In this document: in pieces, positions 7,445-16,732 of the stretch | Layout: each line of letters opens with the position of its first letter | Numbering within the stretch: position 1 is the stretch's first letter | DNA from: an uncultured archaeon | GTDB lineage: Archaea > Asgardarchaeota > Thorarchaeia > Thorarchaeales > CAZPUN01 | NCBI GenBank assembly: GCA_964589775.1 | Contig: CAZPUN010000006.1 | Location: 1-16,905, forward strand | DNA: 16,905 bases | Direction of reading: 5' to 3' | Position numbers and translations under genes: made by a program | Notes under the pieces: model-generated | Told to the model about the DNA's origin: nothing | The model's database searches: none | What the model saw: only the letters and a program-made list of their open reading frames with translations

Positions 7445-7532
7445 TATTATAGTTTTTGTTATTCTTGAGAGTAATATATTGCAAAAGATTAAAATACGTG
7501 CAAATTTTAATATATTAAGGAGGGATATTTTG

Positions 7533-9128
7533 ATGTCCGAAATTGAAGTTGAAACGACTATTGATTCTGTATTAATTCTTACAGATTCAGCCCGAATTGT
7601 ACGTAAGGGTACTGTAGAATTAAAGAAAGGTGATTATACTCTTTGCATCAAGACTGGCACGCCTTATGTTCGCGAAGATTCAGTTTTAGTAAAGGGAACT
7701 GGAAAAGGAAGCATCCTAGATGTTCAAGTTGAGAAACGTTCTGAGAAGCGTGAAATTGCATCAGATCTCAAAAAGTTAAAAGATGAACTAGTAAAGTTGG
7801 AAGATGAGCTAAGTTCGATAGATACCGAAATAAAGGTTCTAAACGAGCGAATGAATTACATGTCTACGACCATGAAGAAATTCTCTGAAATTTTCCCATT
7901 AGGTATGGTTGCAGGTGAGACAAATATCGAAACATATTCGGCAATGGAAGAAAAGTTCTCAAAGTCTATATTGGATATGACAAAAGAGAAGAAGAAGTTA
8001 GAGCGTGAGCGCAAGAAGGTATCCGATCAAATTAGTATTGTCAAGTCAAAGATTAAAAATATGGAATATGGCTATAAGCGAGACATCGATGCAATTCTGA
8101 TTAATATAAGTGTTACAGCGGATAGTACATTCAAGATTGAAGTTCAGTATCATGTTGATAATGCCTATTGGTCTCCACGTTATGATGCTGTAATATCTGA
8201 AGGAAAAGTGTTATTAAAGACATATGCATCGATAATTAATGGCACGAAGGAAGATTGGCAAAACGTTTCATTATCCGTATCTACGGCAACCTCTGAAAAG
8301 GCAGAGTATGTCGAGCCTGAGCCATGGTATTTAGATGCATATATTCCAGAGCCTCGTGTTTCTCGCAAGAAATCATTTGCGCCTCGTCCATTAGCTGCTC
8401 CCGCACCAAAAAGCATGGCAGAAGAAGTAGGTGCAACTATGGCAGAAGAATATTATGAAGAAGCTGAAGAGGAAGAAATCGAGTTTATCACTGCGGAGAT
8501 TAACACTTCTGGTCTTGGCATCATACGATACGATGTTCCCGGAAAAGTAGATCTTCCGTATGATAAAAATCCACATCCGATTCTGCTAAGTGAAAAAGAA
8601 CTTGAATCTGAGCGGCTTTACTTCTGGAATGCTGATTCTAAAGAAGAAGTAATTGCACAAGATGAAGTCAAAAACGATGAGACGCCAATTCTGGCAGGTC
8701 CTGTCAAGGTTTTTGTGGATGATGAATACATAGGTGAAACTGAACTTGATCAGGTAGCACCATATGAGAAATTCAAGATTGGTACACGTGCATCATATGA
8801 ATTCAAGGTTAAGAAGGAATTGATCAGTCGAAGATCCAATGTTGGCGGAATGACTCGTGGTCAATACAAGAATGAATACAAGTACAAGCTAAAAATCGAA
8901 TACTTTGGTAAGGAAGAATCGAAGATTGTCGTTATGGACTGCATTCCAACAAGTCGCCATGCAAAGATCAAAGTAGAACTAAAAGAATCAGAACCAGAAC
9001 CAATTGAGAATAAAGTTGGCGTCTTAAAGTGGATTCTCAGGATAGTTCCAGAACTTAAATCTGAAATCATCTATGATTTTGTTGTCGAATGGGACAAGGA
9101 TGTTGTAGTGACTCCTTCACTGCCATGA
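7533..9128 (+). CDS. DUF4140/DUF4139 (MuiA-like) protein
   Basis: N-terminal IDSVLILTDSARIVRKG and DSVLVKG, a long coiled coil, YHVDNAYWSPRYD, NGTKEDWQNVSLSVSTA, ILAGPVKVFVDDEYIG and VVMDCIPTS. Start ATG 7533 follows SD AGGAGG (7518-7523), giving 531 aa. Confidence 0.85.
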   Translation: MSEIEVETTIDSVLILTDSARIVRKGTVELKKGDYTLCIKTGTPYVREDSVLVKGTGKGSILDVQVEKRSEKREIASDLKKLKDELVKLEDELSSIDTEIKVLNERMNYMSTTMKKFSEIFPLGMVAGETNIETYSAMEEKFSKSILDMTKEKKKLERERKKVSDQISIVKSKIKNMEYGYKRDIDAILINISVTADSTFKIEVQYHVDNAYWSPRYDAVISEGKVLLKTYASIINGTKEDWQNVSLSVSTATSEKAEYVEPEPWYLDAYIPEPRVSRKKSFAPRPLAAPAPKSMAEEVGATMAEEYYEEAEEEEIEFITAEINTSGLGIIRYDVPGKVDLPYDKNPHPILLSEKELESERLYFWNADSKEEVIAQDEVKNDETPILAGPVKVFVDDEYIGETELDQVAPYEKFKIGTRASYEFKVKKELISRRSNVGGMTRGQYKNEYKYKLKIEYFGKEESKIVVMDCIPTSRHAKIKVELKESEPEPIENKVGVLKWILRIVPELKSEIIYDFVVEWDKDVVVTPSLP

Positions 9129-9130
9129 TC

Positions 9131-10399
9131 TCATTCTTCTTCATTTTTTTCTATATAATTTAGGATTGCTCCATAGGGAATGTCATAGCCCGAATGTTTT
9201 GATTTGTAGTAAAAGATAGGATAGCCTGATTCTTCAAGTTTTCCTTTGTATTTGCTATCCACCAACAGTATCAAATTTTTCAATCCTGCTTTACGCATCT
9301 CTCTCAGTTTCTGTAGCTTTTTAACGAGATAATCTTTAGTCCAGAAACCTACTATTTCTACAAGCCATTTTGTATCGCCCTTTACGAGTGTGAAATCCGG
9401 AATAAAAATAGTATCGCCCACAATTACTGGCTCGTCTTCTCTTAGTGCTTTCCAACCTCTCGGATTATGATATTCAAAGGCATTATGGAATCGCATCTCA
9501 ACTTCGCTATCAAATAATTCCTGATATGGTTTAAGCTTCGTATCTTTAAATCCCGCAATCGTTTGTGAGAATATTTTTGTCGTTTGTTCTTTATTGTACA
9601 ATACGAACTTAATTTCTGCCGTCCAGCCGCCCTCGTGAGCTGTTGCCATACGATGGAACCAATATGCGATTCGCCCGCCATAATCGTTCTTATTTCCGAA
9701 AAAGTCTTTTGGACCTGAAATATTGATTTCTACACGTTCATTAAAGACTTTTATGTCATATATCAACCCAAGCTTCTTCGCGAATGGTGCGAGGATCTTA
9801 ATGATTTCTCCAAGCCTGCCGCCAGACATGATTACTTTAACATTATACGATTTTCGAATTATAGTCTCAATCATTTCATAATTGTACCGACCAATCACTT
9901 GTGTAACGTCTGGAACTTCCTCACATGAAAGAATTTTCTCGGAATCTTCATCAAGCCATAATGCGAGTTCAACTTTGTCTGCGGGTATGTGAAATTCCTC
10001 AGATATTTCTTCAATTACCGATTTGTGCTTATCAATCTCGACGAATCCGAACATATCCCGGTTTATTTTCTGAAATACACGGTATCTGAAGTCTCTGGAA
10101 TTTCTTACGCCAATTGAACTCAAGTATTGATAAGATTCTGCAGGCAAGATCTCTTCGAGTTCCTGTGTTCTGAATGGATAAAAGTAATGTAGCGTGTGCA
10201 TAATACCATCCCTTAATTTAACGTCTCTGATATGTCCTGCCACATCTTCCACATCAAAATTCTTCTTTCGAGTGCCAACTTTCTCATTCAATCGATTTAT
10301 TATTGTCTCAATTGCCTTGCGTTGGCTAAAGTCTAAAAATAACAAAGTAAATGTTCCAGATCGTGCCCTATATCTGATAAGTGAGGTCGGTAACGCCAT
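9131..10399 (-). CDS. DUF790 family PD-(D/E)XK endonuclease (Bax1-like)
   Basis: N-terminal LPTSLIRYR, RYN...ETI, ISGP...YG, FDSEVEMRF, W..LREDEP and IPDF...VEIVGFWTKDYLVKK are typical DUF790 motifs. Confidence 0.87.
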   Translation of the reverse strand: MALPTSLIRYRARSGTFTLLFLDFSQRKAIETIINRLNEKVGTRKKNFDVEDVAGHIRDVKLRDGIMHTLHYFYPFRTQELEEILPAESYQYLSSIGVRNSRDFRYRVFQKINRDMFGFVEIDKHKSVIEEISEEFHIPADKVELALWLDEDSEKILSCEEVPDVTQVIGRYNYEMIETIIRKSYNVKVIMSGGRLGEIIKILAPFAKKLGLIYDIKVFNERVEINISGPKDFFGNKNDYGGRIAYWFHRMATAHEGGWTAEIKFVLYNKEQTTKIFSQTIAGFKDTKLKPYQELFDSEVEMRFHNAFEYHNPRGWKALREDEPVIVGDTIFIPDFTLVKGDTKWLVEIVGFWTKDYLVKKLQKLREMRKAGLKNLILLVDSKYKGKLEESGYPIFYYKSKHSGYDIPYGAILNYIEKNEEE

Positions 10400-10572
10400 G
10401 TTTAATCACTATTTCTCAGAGTTTTTCAATCTTTTTAAGATTTCTTTTATAATGCAAAAAGTTTCTTCATTTCTATTTGCGATATTCTGGATTTGCATAA
10501 CCATAACACTTATTCATGATAGATAGTCACGATAATTACGGTTGATCGAACTTCGTTGCGGCGGCGTACAAT

Positions 10573-12057
10573 ATGATTGAAGCTAAAAATTTAACATTTT
10601 ACTATCAAGGGCGAAGCACTCCCGTACTCAAAGATGTATCACTCACTATAAATGACGGTGAATTTGTAATTATTGCCGGCAAGAGTGGATGTGGAAAAAG
10701 CACTTTATCTTATGCTTTATCCGGTTTCATACCAAATTCGATTTTCGGTCGTATGAAGGGTGATGTGCTAATTGATGGCCTGAGCACAAAGGAAATGGAA
10801 CTTGCGGATATTTCTACCAAAGTAGGTCTAATCCAACAAGATCCTGAATCTCAACTTGTTACGTTGCGCGTAGAAGATGAGGTTGCATTTGGCCCTGAAA
10901 ATCTTAGACTGCCGCAACATGAAATCCGCGAGCGAGTTAATTGGGCTCTTGAAATTGTAGGCGCAAGCCATTTAATTGACCGCGAGATCTATACATTATC
11001 TGGTGGTGAGAAGCAAAGAGTCGCCATTGCCTCAATACTTGCAATGAAGCCACAAACTGTAATTCTCGACGAGCCCACTTCCAATCTTGACCCCAAAGGC
11101 GTAGTTATGATATTCGAATCCCTAAAACGATTAATTGATGAATATGAACTAACTGTGATTTTGATTGAGCATCGAGTTAATATGTTTTTACCTCTTGCTG
11201 ATAAAATCATATTAATGGACCGCGGGCGAATTGTAGATATTAAGTCAAAAAATGATTTCTCGTTAGACTACCTATATGGATTTTATAAGATGCCTCAAAT
11301 TCCCATATCAAACAGGACCAAAATTTATGATACACCTTTGATCTCAGTACGGGATCTACATTACAAATATGATAACCATGAGGTTTTAAAGGGCGTAAAT
11401 TTGGAAATAAAGAAAAATGAGGTCATCGCACTTATGGGCGATAATGGTTCTGGCAAAACAACGTTGTTGCTAAATATCATGGGCATATTGAAGCCTAATG
11501 AAGGCGAAATTATTTATCATGGCATAAATGAGGCGACATATACAAGTAAAATCGCGCGTCATATCGGATATATTTTTCAAAACCCCAATCATCAGATATT
11601 CGAGCAGACCGTATGGAATGAGGTTATGCTTTCGCCTCGGAATTTTAAAATGGACAATGAAGCAACTAGAGATAGAGCTGAATACTTACTCCGAAAGTTC
11701 AGTCTAGATCGATATAGCAATAGTTCTCCATTTATCTTAAGTTATGGTGAAAAAAGGCGTCTGAATATTGCGTCTGTCGAGGTATATCAACCTGAAATGA
11801 TGATCCTAGATGAGCCATTCATAGGTCAAGATCCTCTTAATGTTTCTAAATTTGTAGAGATTGTATCAGAGTATATTCAACAAGGTGGAACCATTCTCTT
11901 AGTATCACATGATTTAAATTTATCAAAGAAAATTGCATCACGCATTGTGTTTTTGGAGAATGGCATCATTAAATTTACGACTCCGGTAGAAAAAGCCGAG
12001 CAAAAATTCGAGCAATTTGGATTAGAGCATTACATAAAGGCGAGTGCATTCCTATGA
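10573..12057 (+). CDS. ecfA: ECF transporter ATPase with two fused ABC domains (EcfA-A')
   Basis: Two Walker A motifs (GKSGCGKS, GDNGSGKT), Q-loops QDPESQL and FQNPNHQI, VEDEVAFGPENL, signatures LSGGEKQR and LSYGEKRR, and two Walker B ILDEP. Confidence 0.92.
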   Translation: MIEAKNLTFYYQGRSTPVLKDVSLTINDGEFVIIAGKSGCGKSTLSYALSGFIPNSIFGRMKGDVLIDGLSTKEMELADISTKVGLIQQDPESQLVTLRVEDEVAFGPENLRLPQHEIRERVNWALEIVGASHLIDREIYTLSGGEKQRVAIASILAMKPQTVILDEPTSNLDPKGVVMIFESLKRLIDEYELTVILIEHRVNMFLPLADKIILMDRGRIVDIKSKNDFSLDYLYGFYKMPQIPISNRTKIYDTPLISVRDLHYKYDNHEVLKGVNLEIKKNEVIALMGDNGSGKTTLLLNIMGILKPNEGEIIYHGINEATYTSKIARHIGYIFQNPNHQIFEQTVWNEVMLSPRNFKMDNEATRDRAEYLLRKFSLDRYSNSSPFILSYGEKRRLNIASVEVYQPEMMILDEPFIGQDPLNVSKFVEIVSEYIQQGGTILLVSHDLNLSKKIASRIVFLENGIIKFTTPVEKAEQKFEQFGLEHYIKASAFL

Positions 12058-12881
12058 AGTACATTGGCTATGTTCCTGGAAATTCATTTATCCATCGACT
12101 TTCTCCATTAACGAAATTAGTGATATTAATACTTGGTGGTATTTTTATAGTTTCTACCTATAATCCATTTATTGCACTATGGACTCTTGCGTTTATCTTA
12201 TTATTCTTTGATATTGCTAATATAAACGCTCGGAAATTTCTCGGACGCGTAAAAATCTTACCGTCATTTACATTGCTATTGTTCATAATTCAAATATTCG
12301 TGAATCATGACGGCAATTTCATAGCATACCTCATACCTGAATTTGTTCCTGTGATTGGTGGAAATCTTCCATTGACTTCCGGTGGAGTCTTAGCCGGAAT
12401 TGCAATGGGACTACGATTTCTTAATATAATTTTGGGTAGTTATCTTTTTATTGCGACGACATATCCCGCAGATCTTGGATACGCTTTAATGCGCGTTGGT
12501 ATTCCGTATCGTTACGCATTCACTTTTGTTTTAGCTTTACGTTTTGTTCCTTTGTTTAGTATCGAATCCAGCATTGTTAGGAACGCGCAGAAAGCACGTG
12601 GAATCGAAATCGATATAAAAGGTATAAAAGCAATTATAAAATCCGCAAAGTATATGTTTTTCCCACTTATAATTACAGCTCTTTCGAGAGTACAATCGTT
12701 AGTTGTATCTATGGATGGCAGAGCGTTTGGAGCATATTCAACTCGAACGTTTCTTCATGAGTCGCAAACCCATAAAATTGACTATATACTCACAATATTT
12801 ATTATGTGCTTGTTTGTATTATGGATTATAAACGGGTGGCACTTTATAATTGATTTTATTTTATTGTTTAAGGCTTGGTGA
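12054..12881 (+). CDS. ecfT: ECF transporter transmembrane T component
   Basis: NSFIHRLSPLTKL, ALRFVP, and conserved Arg motifs AQKARG and SMDGRAF. ATGA overlap with ecfA. Confidence 0.92.
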   Translation: MKYIGYVPGNSFIHRLSPLTKLVILILGGIFIVSTYNPFIALWTLAFILLFFDIANINARKFLGRVKILPSFTLLLFIIQIFVNHDGNFIAYLIPEFVPVIGGNLPLTSGGVLAGIAMGLRFLNIILGSYLFIATTYPADLGYALMRVGIPYRYAFTFVLALRFVPLFSIESSIVRNAQKARGIEIDIKGIKAIIKSAKYMFFPLIITALSRVQSLVVSMDGRAFGAYSTRTFLHESQTHKIDYILTIFIMCLFVLWIINGWHFIIDFILLFKAW

Positions 12882-12886
12882 TTGAA

Positions 12887-13372
12887 ATGGATGGTAAAAC
12901 AGTTGATGAATCAAGGACTGTTATGACTCAGGTTGTAATGCCCGATGATACAAATAATTTTGATAATTTGTACGGCGGCCGATTGATGGATTGGATCGAT
13001 ACAATTGGGGTCATTGTAGCCCAACGGCATTGCAATAAGAATGTAGTGACTGCGTCGATTGACTCGCTAACATTTATTGCACCTATTAAGCGGGGCGATA
13101 TTGTAGTTCTTGAAGGCTGGATAAATTATACTGGGCATACATCTATGGAAGTTGAAGTCAGAGTTACAGCTGAAAATCCTCGCGAAAGAACAAAGACAGA
13201 AGCTTGTTCGGTGTATCTGACTTATGTTGCAGTCGATAAGGATCTAAAGCCTTCACCAATTCCGCCATTGATCTTGAGAACCGATGAAGAACGTAGAAGA
13301 TTTGAAGAGGCAAAAGAGCGAAAGATTGCCCGCTTGAAACTAAAAAGTGAAGCATTAAAACATAAAAGATAA
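12887..13372 (+). CDS. Hotdog-fold acyl-CoA thioesterase (YciA-like)
   Basis: Motifs VMPDDTNNFDNLYGGRLMDWID, VVTASID, GHTSMEVEV and YVAVD. ATG 12887 follows SD GGTGA (12877-12881), which contains the ecfT stop. Confidence 0.9.
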   Translation: MDGKTVDESRTVMTQVVMPDDTNNFDNLYGGRLMDWIDTIGVIVAQRHCNKNVVTASIDSLTFIAPIKRGDIVVLEGWINYTGHTSMEVEVRVTAENPRERTKTEACSVYLTYVAVDKDLKPSPIPPLILRTDEERRRFEEAKERKIARLKLKSEALKHKR

Positions 13373-13415
13373 TTTAATCATATATTACAGTATATAATCC
13401 TTCGGGGCATGTATT

Positions 13416-14222
13416 ATGCTATTTAATCTTAATTTAAAAAGAACATACATAAAAATAGACGCTATTCCTGAAACTTTAGAATTTTTCGGAAAGATTCTTA
13501 TTCTCCAATTTTTTGTCGGCTGGTTTTTTGGCTTAAATGGATTTTTTATCAAGTGGTTTATCTTAGGTCGTGTAATTCCTCCCTATTACGTTATTGGAAA
13601 TCTTACTGGTTTGCTATTCTTTTATTTGCTTTCTGGAATTATCGTGACTGTGTTTATTGCATATGAGGTTGAGGACATAGCTGTAGTTTTCGATTCTCGT
13701 CATGGACTGCTCGCTGCTAATTTATTCCTTTTAGGTGCAATATTCTATGGTGTAGAAGTTGTGATTGAATATTTCTTCTTGAACTCCGCATCGCTGGTTG
13801 TATGTATTCTTTCTGAAATGGCAGCTATGCTATTCTATATTCATGGTGTTTTACTTTTTGTATCTATGAATCAAAATGTTAGCGATAGGCTAAAAAACTC
13901 ACTCATGTGGCTTGGTGGATTTGTGGCAGTTCTAATAACACCTCTCGGATCCCTTGGATTAGGAATTGCCTATTATCGTCTAGGCAAGCGAACACGTAAT
14001 GTTATTAATGATGAGGAGCAAATGCGCGAAGTTTTTGACAAGCTCTACAATGTATTCAAGAATACAAATGAATGTATTTATCTCTATTCGATCGATTATG
14101 AATATGATATTAAAGATGTGCCATTATTTATATTGATCAATAAAATTAAGGAATGGGTATCGCAAAAAGAGCTTAATGGTGCAATTTTTGATGATTCCTA
14201 TTGCCCAAATCAATATGAATGA
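13416..14222 (+). CDS. Hypothetical membrane protein (~5-6 TM) with a soluble C-terminal domain
   Basis: Hydrophobic segments span residues ~22-186, followed by a ~80-aa charged domain. Confidence 0.75.
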   Translation: MLFNLNLKRTYIKIDAIPETLEFFGKILILQFFVGWFFGLNGFFIKWFILGRVIPPYYVIGNLTGLLFFYLLSGIIVTVFIAYEVEDIAVVFDSRHGLLAANLFLLGAIFYGVEVVIEYFFLNSASLVVCILSEMAAMLFYIHGVLLFVSMNQNVSDRLKNSLMWLGGFVAVLITPLGSLGLGIAYYRLGKRTRNVINDEEQMREVFDKLYNVFKNTNECIYLYSIDYEYDIKDVPLFILINKIKEWVSQKELNGAIFDDSYCPNQYE

Positions 14223-14226
14223 TTTT

Positions 14227-14853
14227 TCATTCTATCCCTGCTTTTTTACAAGCGAGTTCTGCATCTGATTCTATTTCATGATAGTGTGCAATAATATCCT
14301 CAATCATACTGGAGGTATATGGTAGAAAATCATCAGTTGTATACAAGTATGTGTGGTCGATTGAGTCGTAAACGTCATCTATGTCTTTTTTTAATTTGCA
14401 AATCTCTTCATAGTTTTTTGTATGCAACAAGCACTCTAATATGTAAATTGAGATGAACATGTATAATGAAAAATACATTTCTAGGTTCTTTTTATGAAAT
14501 TGTGCGATGAAGTTCTCCAATTCTGTATCTCTAATATTTTTCTTTTCTTGTAGCTTTTCATAATTTTCCTTCATAATTAATCCTTTGCTTTCTAATTCCA
14601 TTGCATTTAATATGATCTTGCGTGTGTTTATCAAATGCTTTAATGCAGAGCCTATCATTAGATCCTCGAGAAACAATTTTACAGTTTCTATTGTTACTAT
14701 GGTTATGTACTTTACTTCCGTTTTATATTCCTTAACTTTTCCTTCCGTGATCATTCCAAGAACATCATTGTATATGTCTAATGCCTGTATGTTGTTGCCC
14801 TCAGACATAGCCTTCATGCCTTGTAATATTTTATCATAAACTGGATCATTCAT
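14227..14853 (-). CDS. Hypothetical alpha-helical protein, weakly TPR-like
   Basis: Long ORF with amphipathic-helix patterning (GMKAMSEGNNIQALDIYNDVL). Start is probably ATG 14853 rather than TTG 14886. Confidence 0.65.
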   Translation of the reverse strand: MNDPVYDKILQGMKAMSEGNNIQALDIYNDVLGMITEGKVKEYKTEVKYITIVTIETVKLFLEDLMIGSALKHLINTRKIILNAMELESKGLIMKENYEKLQEKKNIRDTELENFIAQFHKKNLEMYFSLYMFISIYILECLLHTKNYEEICKLKKDIDDVYDSIDHTYLYTTDDFLPYTSSMIEDIIAHYHEIESDAELACKKAGIE

Positions 14854-14997
14854 ATCCAAAAGAACCACCAATACATTGTAAATCAACTAAATATATTAAT
14901 ATATTGAAAATAAATTGTACATGATTAGTTTACGATAGACTTGATATGAACTATAAATTCTGTGGAGTTTTTATTTGATTTTTATGAACTGTGTAAC

Positions 14998-15504
14998 ATG
15001 AACGCCAGAAAACAAATATTGGATTATATTAACAATAGAAAGTTCATGAAAGCACTACAAGCCTTGAACAATCTTGCGAAAAATGATAATTCAGTGGATC
15101 TCTTTGTTGGGAAAATAGTCCTTGAAGGACTGATAGACCCTTCAATAAATCTTAAAGATGTAATCTATGACGGGATGCAAAAATATCCGGAAGACTTTTT
15201 TGATGAACTTTCTCGTTTTCTATTTATAATATATAAAGGTGAGGAAGAGGAAGTAGGCGAAATCCTTCTACGCATGTTAAATGCACTTGTCAACGAGATT
15301 CCCTATGCACAAAATCAAATTGAATTCAACAAGTCCAAACTATTAGCCAAGCTTGGACGCTATGATGAAGCATTAGAGATAATAAATCATCTTATCGAAT
15401 TAGAGCCATATTATGCCCAGTATCTTGAGCATAGAAATTATTTAATACAACAAAAAGGTACAATGAATGCGGAGAAGCATCGCGTTCTTGAGGCTATCGC
15501 CTGA
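14998..15504 (+). CDS. Tetratricopeptide-repeat protein
   Basis: Clear TPR unit FNKSKLLAKLGRYDEALEIINHLIELEP. Start is probably ATG 14998 rather than GTG 14962. Confidence 0.75.
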   Translation: MNARKQILDYINNRKFMKALQALNNLAKNDNSVDLFVGKIVLEGLIDPSINLKDVIYDGMQKYPEDFFDELSRFLFIIYKGEEEEVGEILLRMLNALVNEIPYAQNQIEFNKSKLLAKLGRYDEALEIINHLIELEPYYAQYLEHRNYLIQQKGTMNAEKHRVLEAIA

Positions 15505-15580
15505 ACTTTCTTTTCCTATTCCTATACTTTTTTATTAGAGCTCCATTTACTACGCTCATAAAGTCTCAGAGCGTGGAGAT

Positions 15581-16696
15581 ATGGTCTCGCGAACAAAAAC
15601 TTCTCTCATTCAATTTTTGGCTAACGCATCTATTCTTTCTACATTCACGTATATTCCAATTTTTGCAAGGAACTTAGGAATTGATGATATTGGCGTAACA
15701 TATCTTGTTGCAGGATATGCATTTGCGGCATTTGTTACTAATTTCGTAATCGGGCGTTTAGCTGATGTACGTGGTCGACGATTGTTCATGAAGATCGGTT
15801 TAATTTTATCGGCAATTTCATTCGCCTTGATTCCTTTTGCAACTGATTTTTATGTTCTATTTCTCATTCGTGTCTTCAATGGATTCTCCATTGGAATATA
15901 TCCTGCAGCTTTAACTGCCTATGTATATGAACAGAAAATGACTATGGGTAAGTTCGCGGGGTTCGGTTCTCTTGGCTGGGGCGTCGGTACATTTATTGCA
16001 GGGCTCATTGCCAAGATCTGCCTCAATGAAGTTTTTGGTCTTGGTTCATTATTCTTCATTCTTGCATTTTTGATTTCACTCAAGCTTGAGCCAATCGATT
16101 CCGTGAGGATTAAAGTTCCTATGTTTCCCAAAGAAGTGATTAAAAGGAATTGGCATGTATATGCGGCTATGTTTGCCCGTCACTCAACCGCTTTTGCTAT
16201 CTGGACCTTATGGCCTTTATTCTTGTATAATTATATTCATGCAGACCTATTCTGGGTAGGTGTCATACAAACAACAAATATGATTACTCAAGCAATATTT
16301 ATGTTCTTCATTACGGATCATTTCAGACCACGTCCGCTAATTTATTCTGGTTTATTCCTATCTGCCGTTTCGTTTTATTCATTTACACTAGCATGGGACG
16401 TAATTACAATATTACCTACGCAAATTGTGCTTGGTGCATCTTGGGCGTTTCTATATGTGGGTGTTCTGAAATATCTTACAGATTATAATAAAGAACGTGC
16501 AACAGCAACGGGTATTCTCGGCTCCGTAATGTCATTGTCAAATCTATTTGGCCCATTTATTGCTCTTTATCTGTTCGCAACATATAATTCATATTTGCCA
16601 TCCATGTACTTGGCATCAACTGTCAGTCTCATAGCCTTGTTTATTTTCATTCCAGTTGCAGAACGCCGGAGACACCTAGAAACGTTTCAGAATTAA
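15581..16696 (+). CDS. Major facilitator superfamily transporter
   Basis: Motif A GRLADVRGRR, LIRVFNG in TM4, about 12 hydrophobic segments, and second-half ERATATG. Confidence 0.92.
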   Translation: MVSRTKTSLIQFLANASILSTFTYIPIFARNLGIDDIGVTYLVAGYAFAAFVTNFVIGRLADVRGRRLFMKIGLILSAISFALIPFATDFYVLFLIRVFNGFSIGIYPAALTAYVYEQKMTMGKFAGFGSLGWGVGTFIAGLIAKICLNEVFGLGSLFFILAFLISLKLEPIDSVRIKVPMFPKEVIKRNWHVYAAMFARHSTAFAIWTLWPLFLYNYIHADLFWVGVIQTTNMITQAIFMFFITDHFRPRPLIYSGLFLSAVSFYSFTLAWDVITILPTQIVLGASWAFLYVGVLKYLTDYNKERATATGILGSVMSLSNLFGPFIALYLFATYNSYLPSMYLASTVSLIALFIFIPVAERRRHLETFQN

Positions 16697-16732
16697 ATAA
16701 AACAAAAAAGTGAGGCGTGTATTATGCCTCAT
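16697..16732 (-). terminator. Hairpin plus U-tract between convergent genes
   Basis: TGAGGC (16711-16716) pairs with GCCTCA (16726-16731). On the minus strand the stem is followed by CTTTTTTGTTTT. Confidence 0.5.

Noticed and set aside
7398-7532. Track starts at 7398 (+, DUF4139) and 7484 (-, MNT), which would overlap head-to-head and give DUF4139 a hydrophobic leader
   Set aside because: The extensions are translations of AT-rich promoter DNA. A strong SD precedes ATG 7533, and family-like sequence begins there and at about 7412-7421 for MNT.
10400-10572. Riboswitch or 24-aa hydrophobic leader ORF (10452-10526) upstream of the ECF genes
   Set aside because: No TPP, cobalamin or FMN consensus is recognisable on the + strand; the only CTGAGA is on the opposite strand without the other elements. 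The small ORF has no SD or other support. An Rfam scan would settle it.
235-16131. Numerous 60-112 aa antisense or alternate-frame ORFs in the track (e.g. 1295-1633, 3371-3676, 10194-10526, 14585-14839)
   Set aside because: They lie within or mostly within well-supported genes and show no motifs; they are shadow ORFs.
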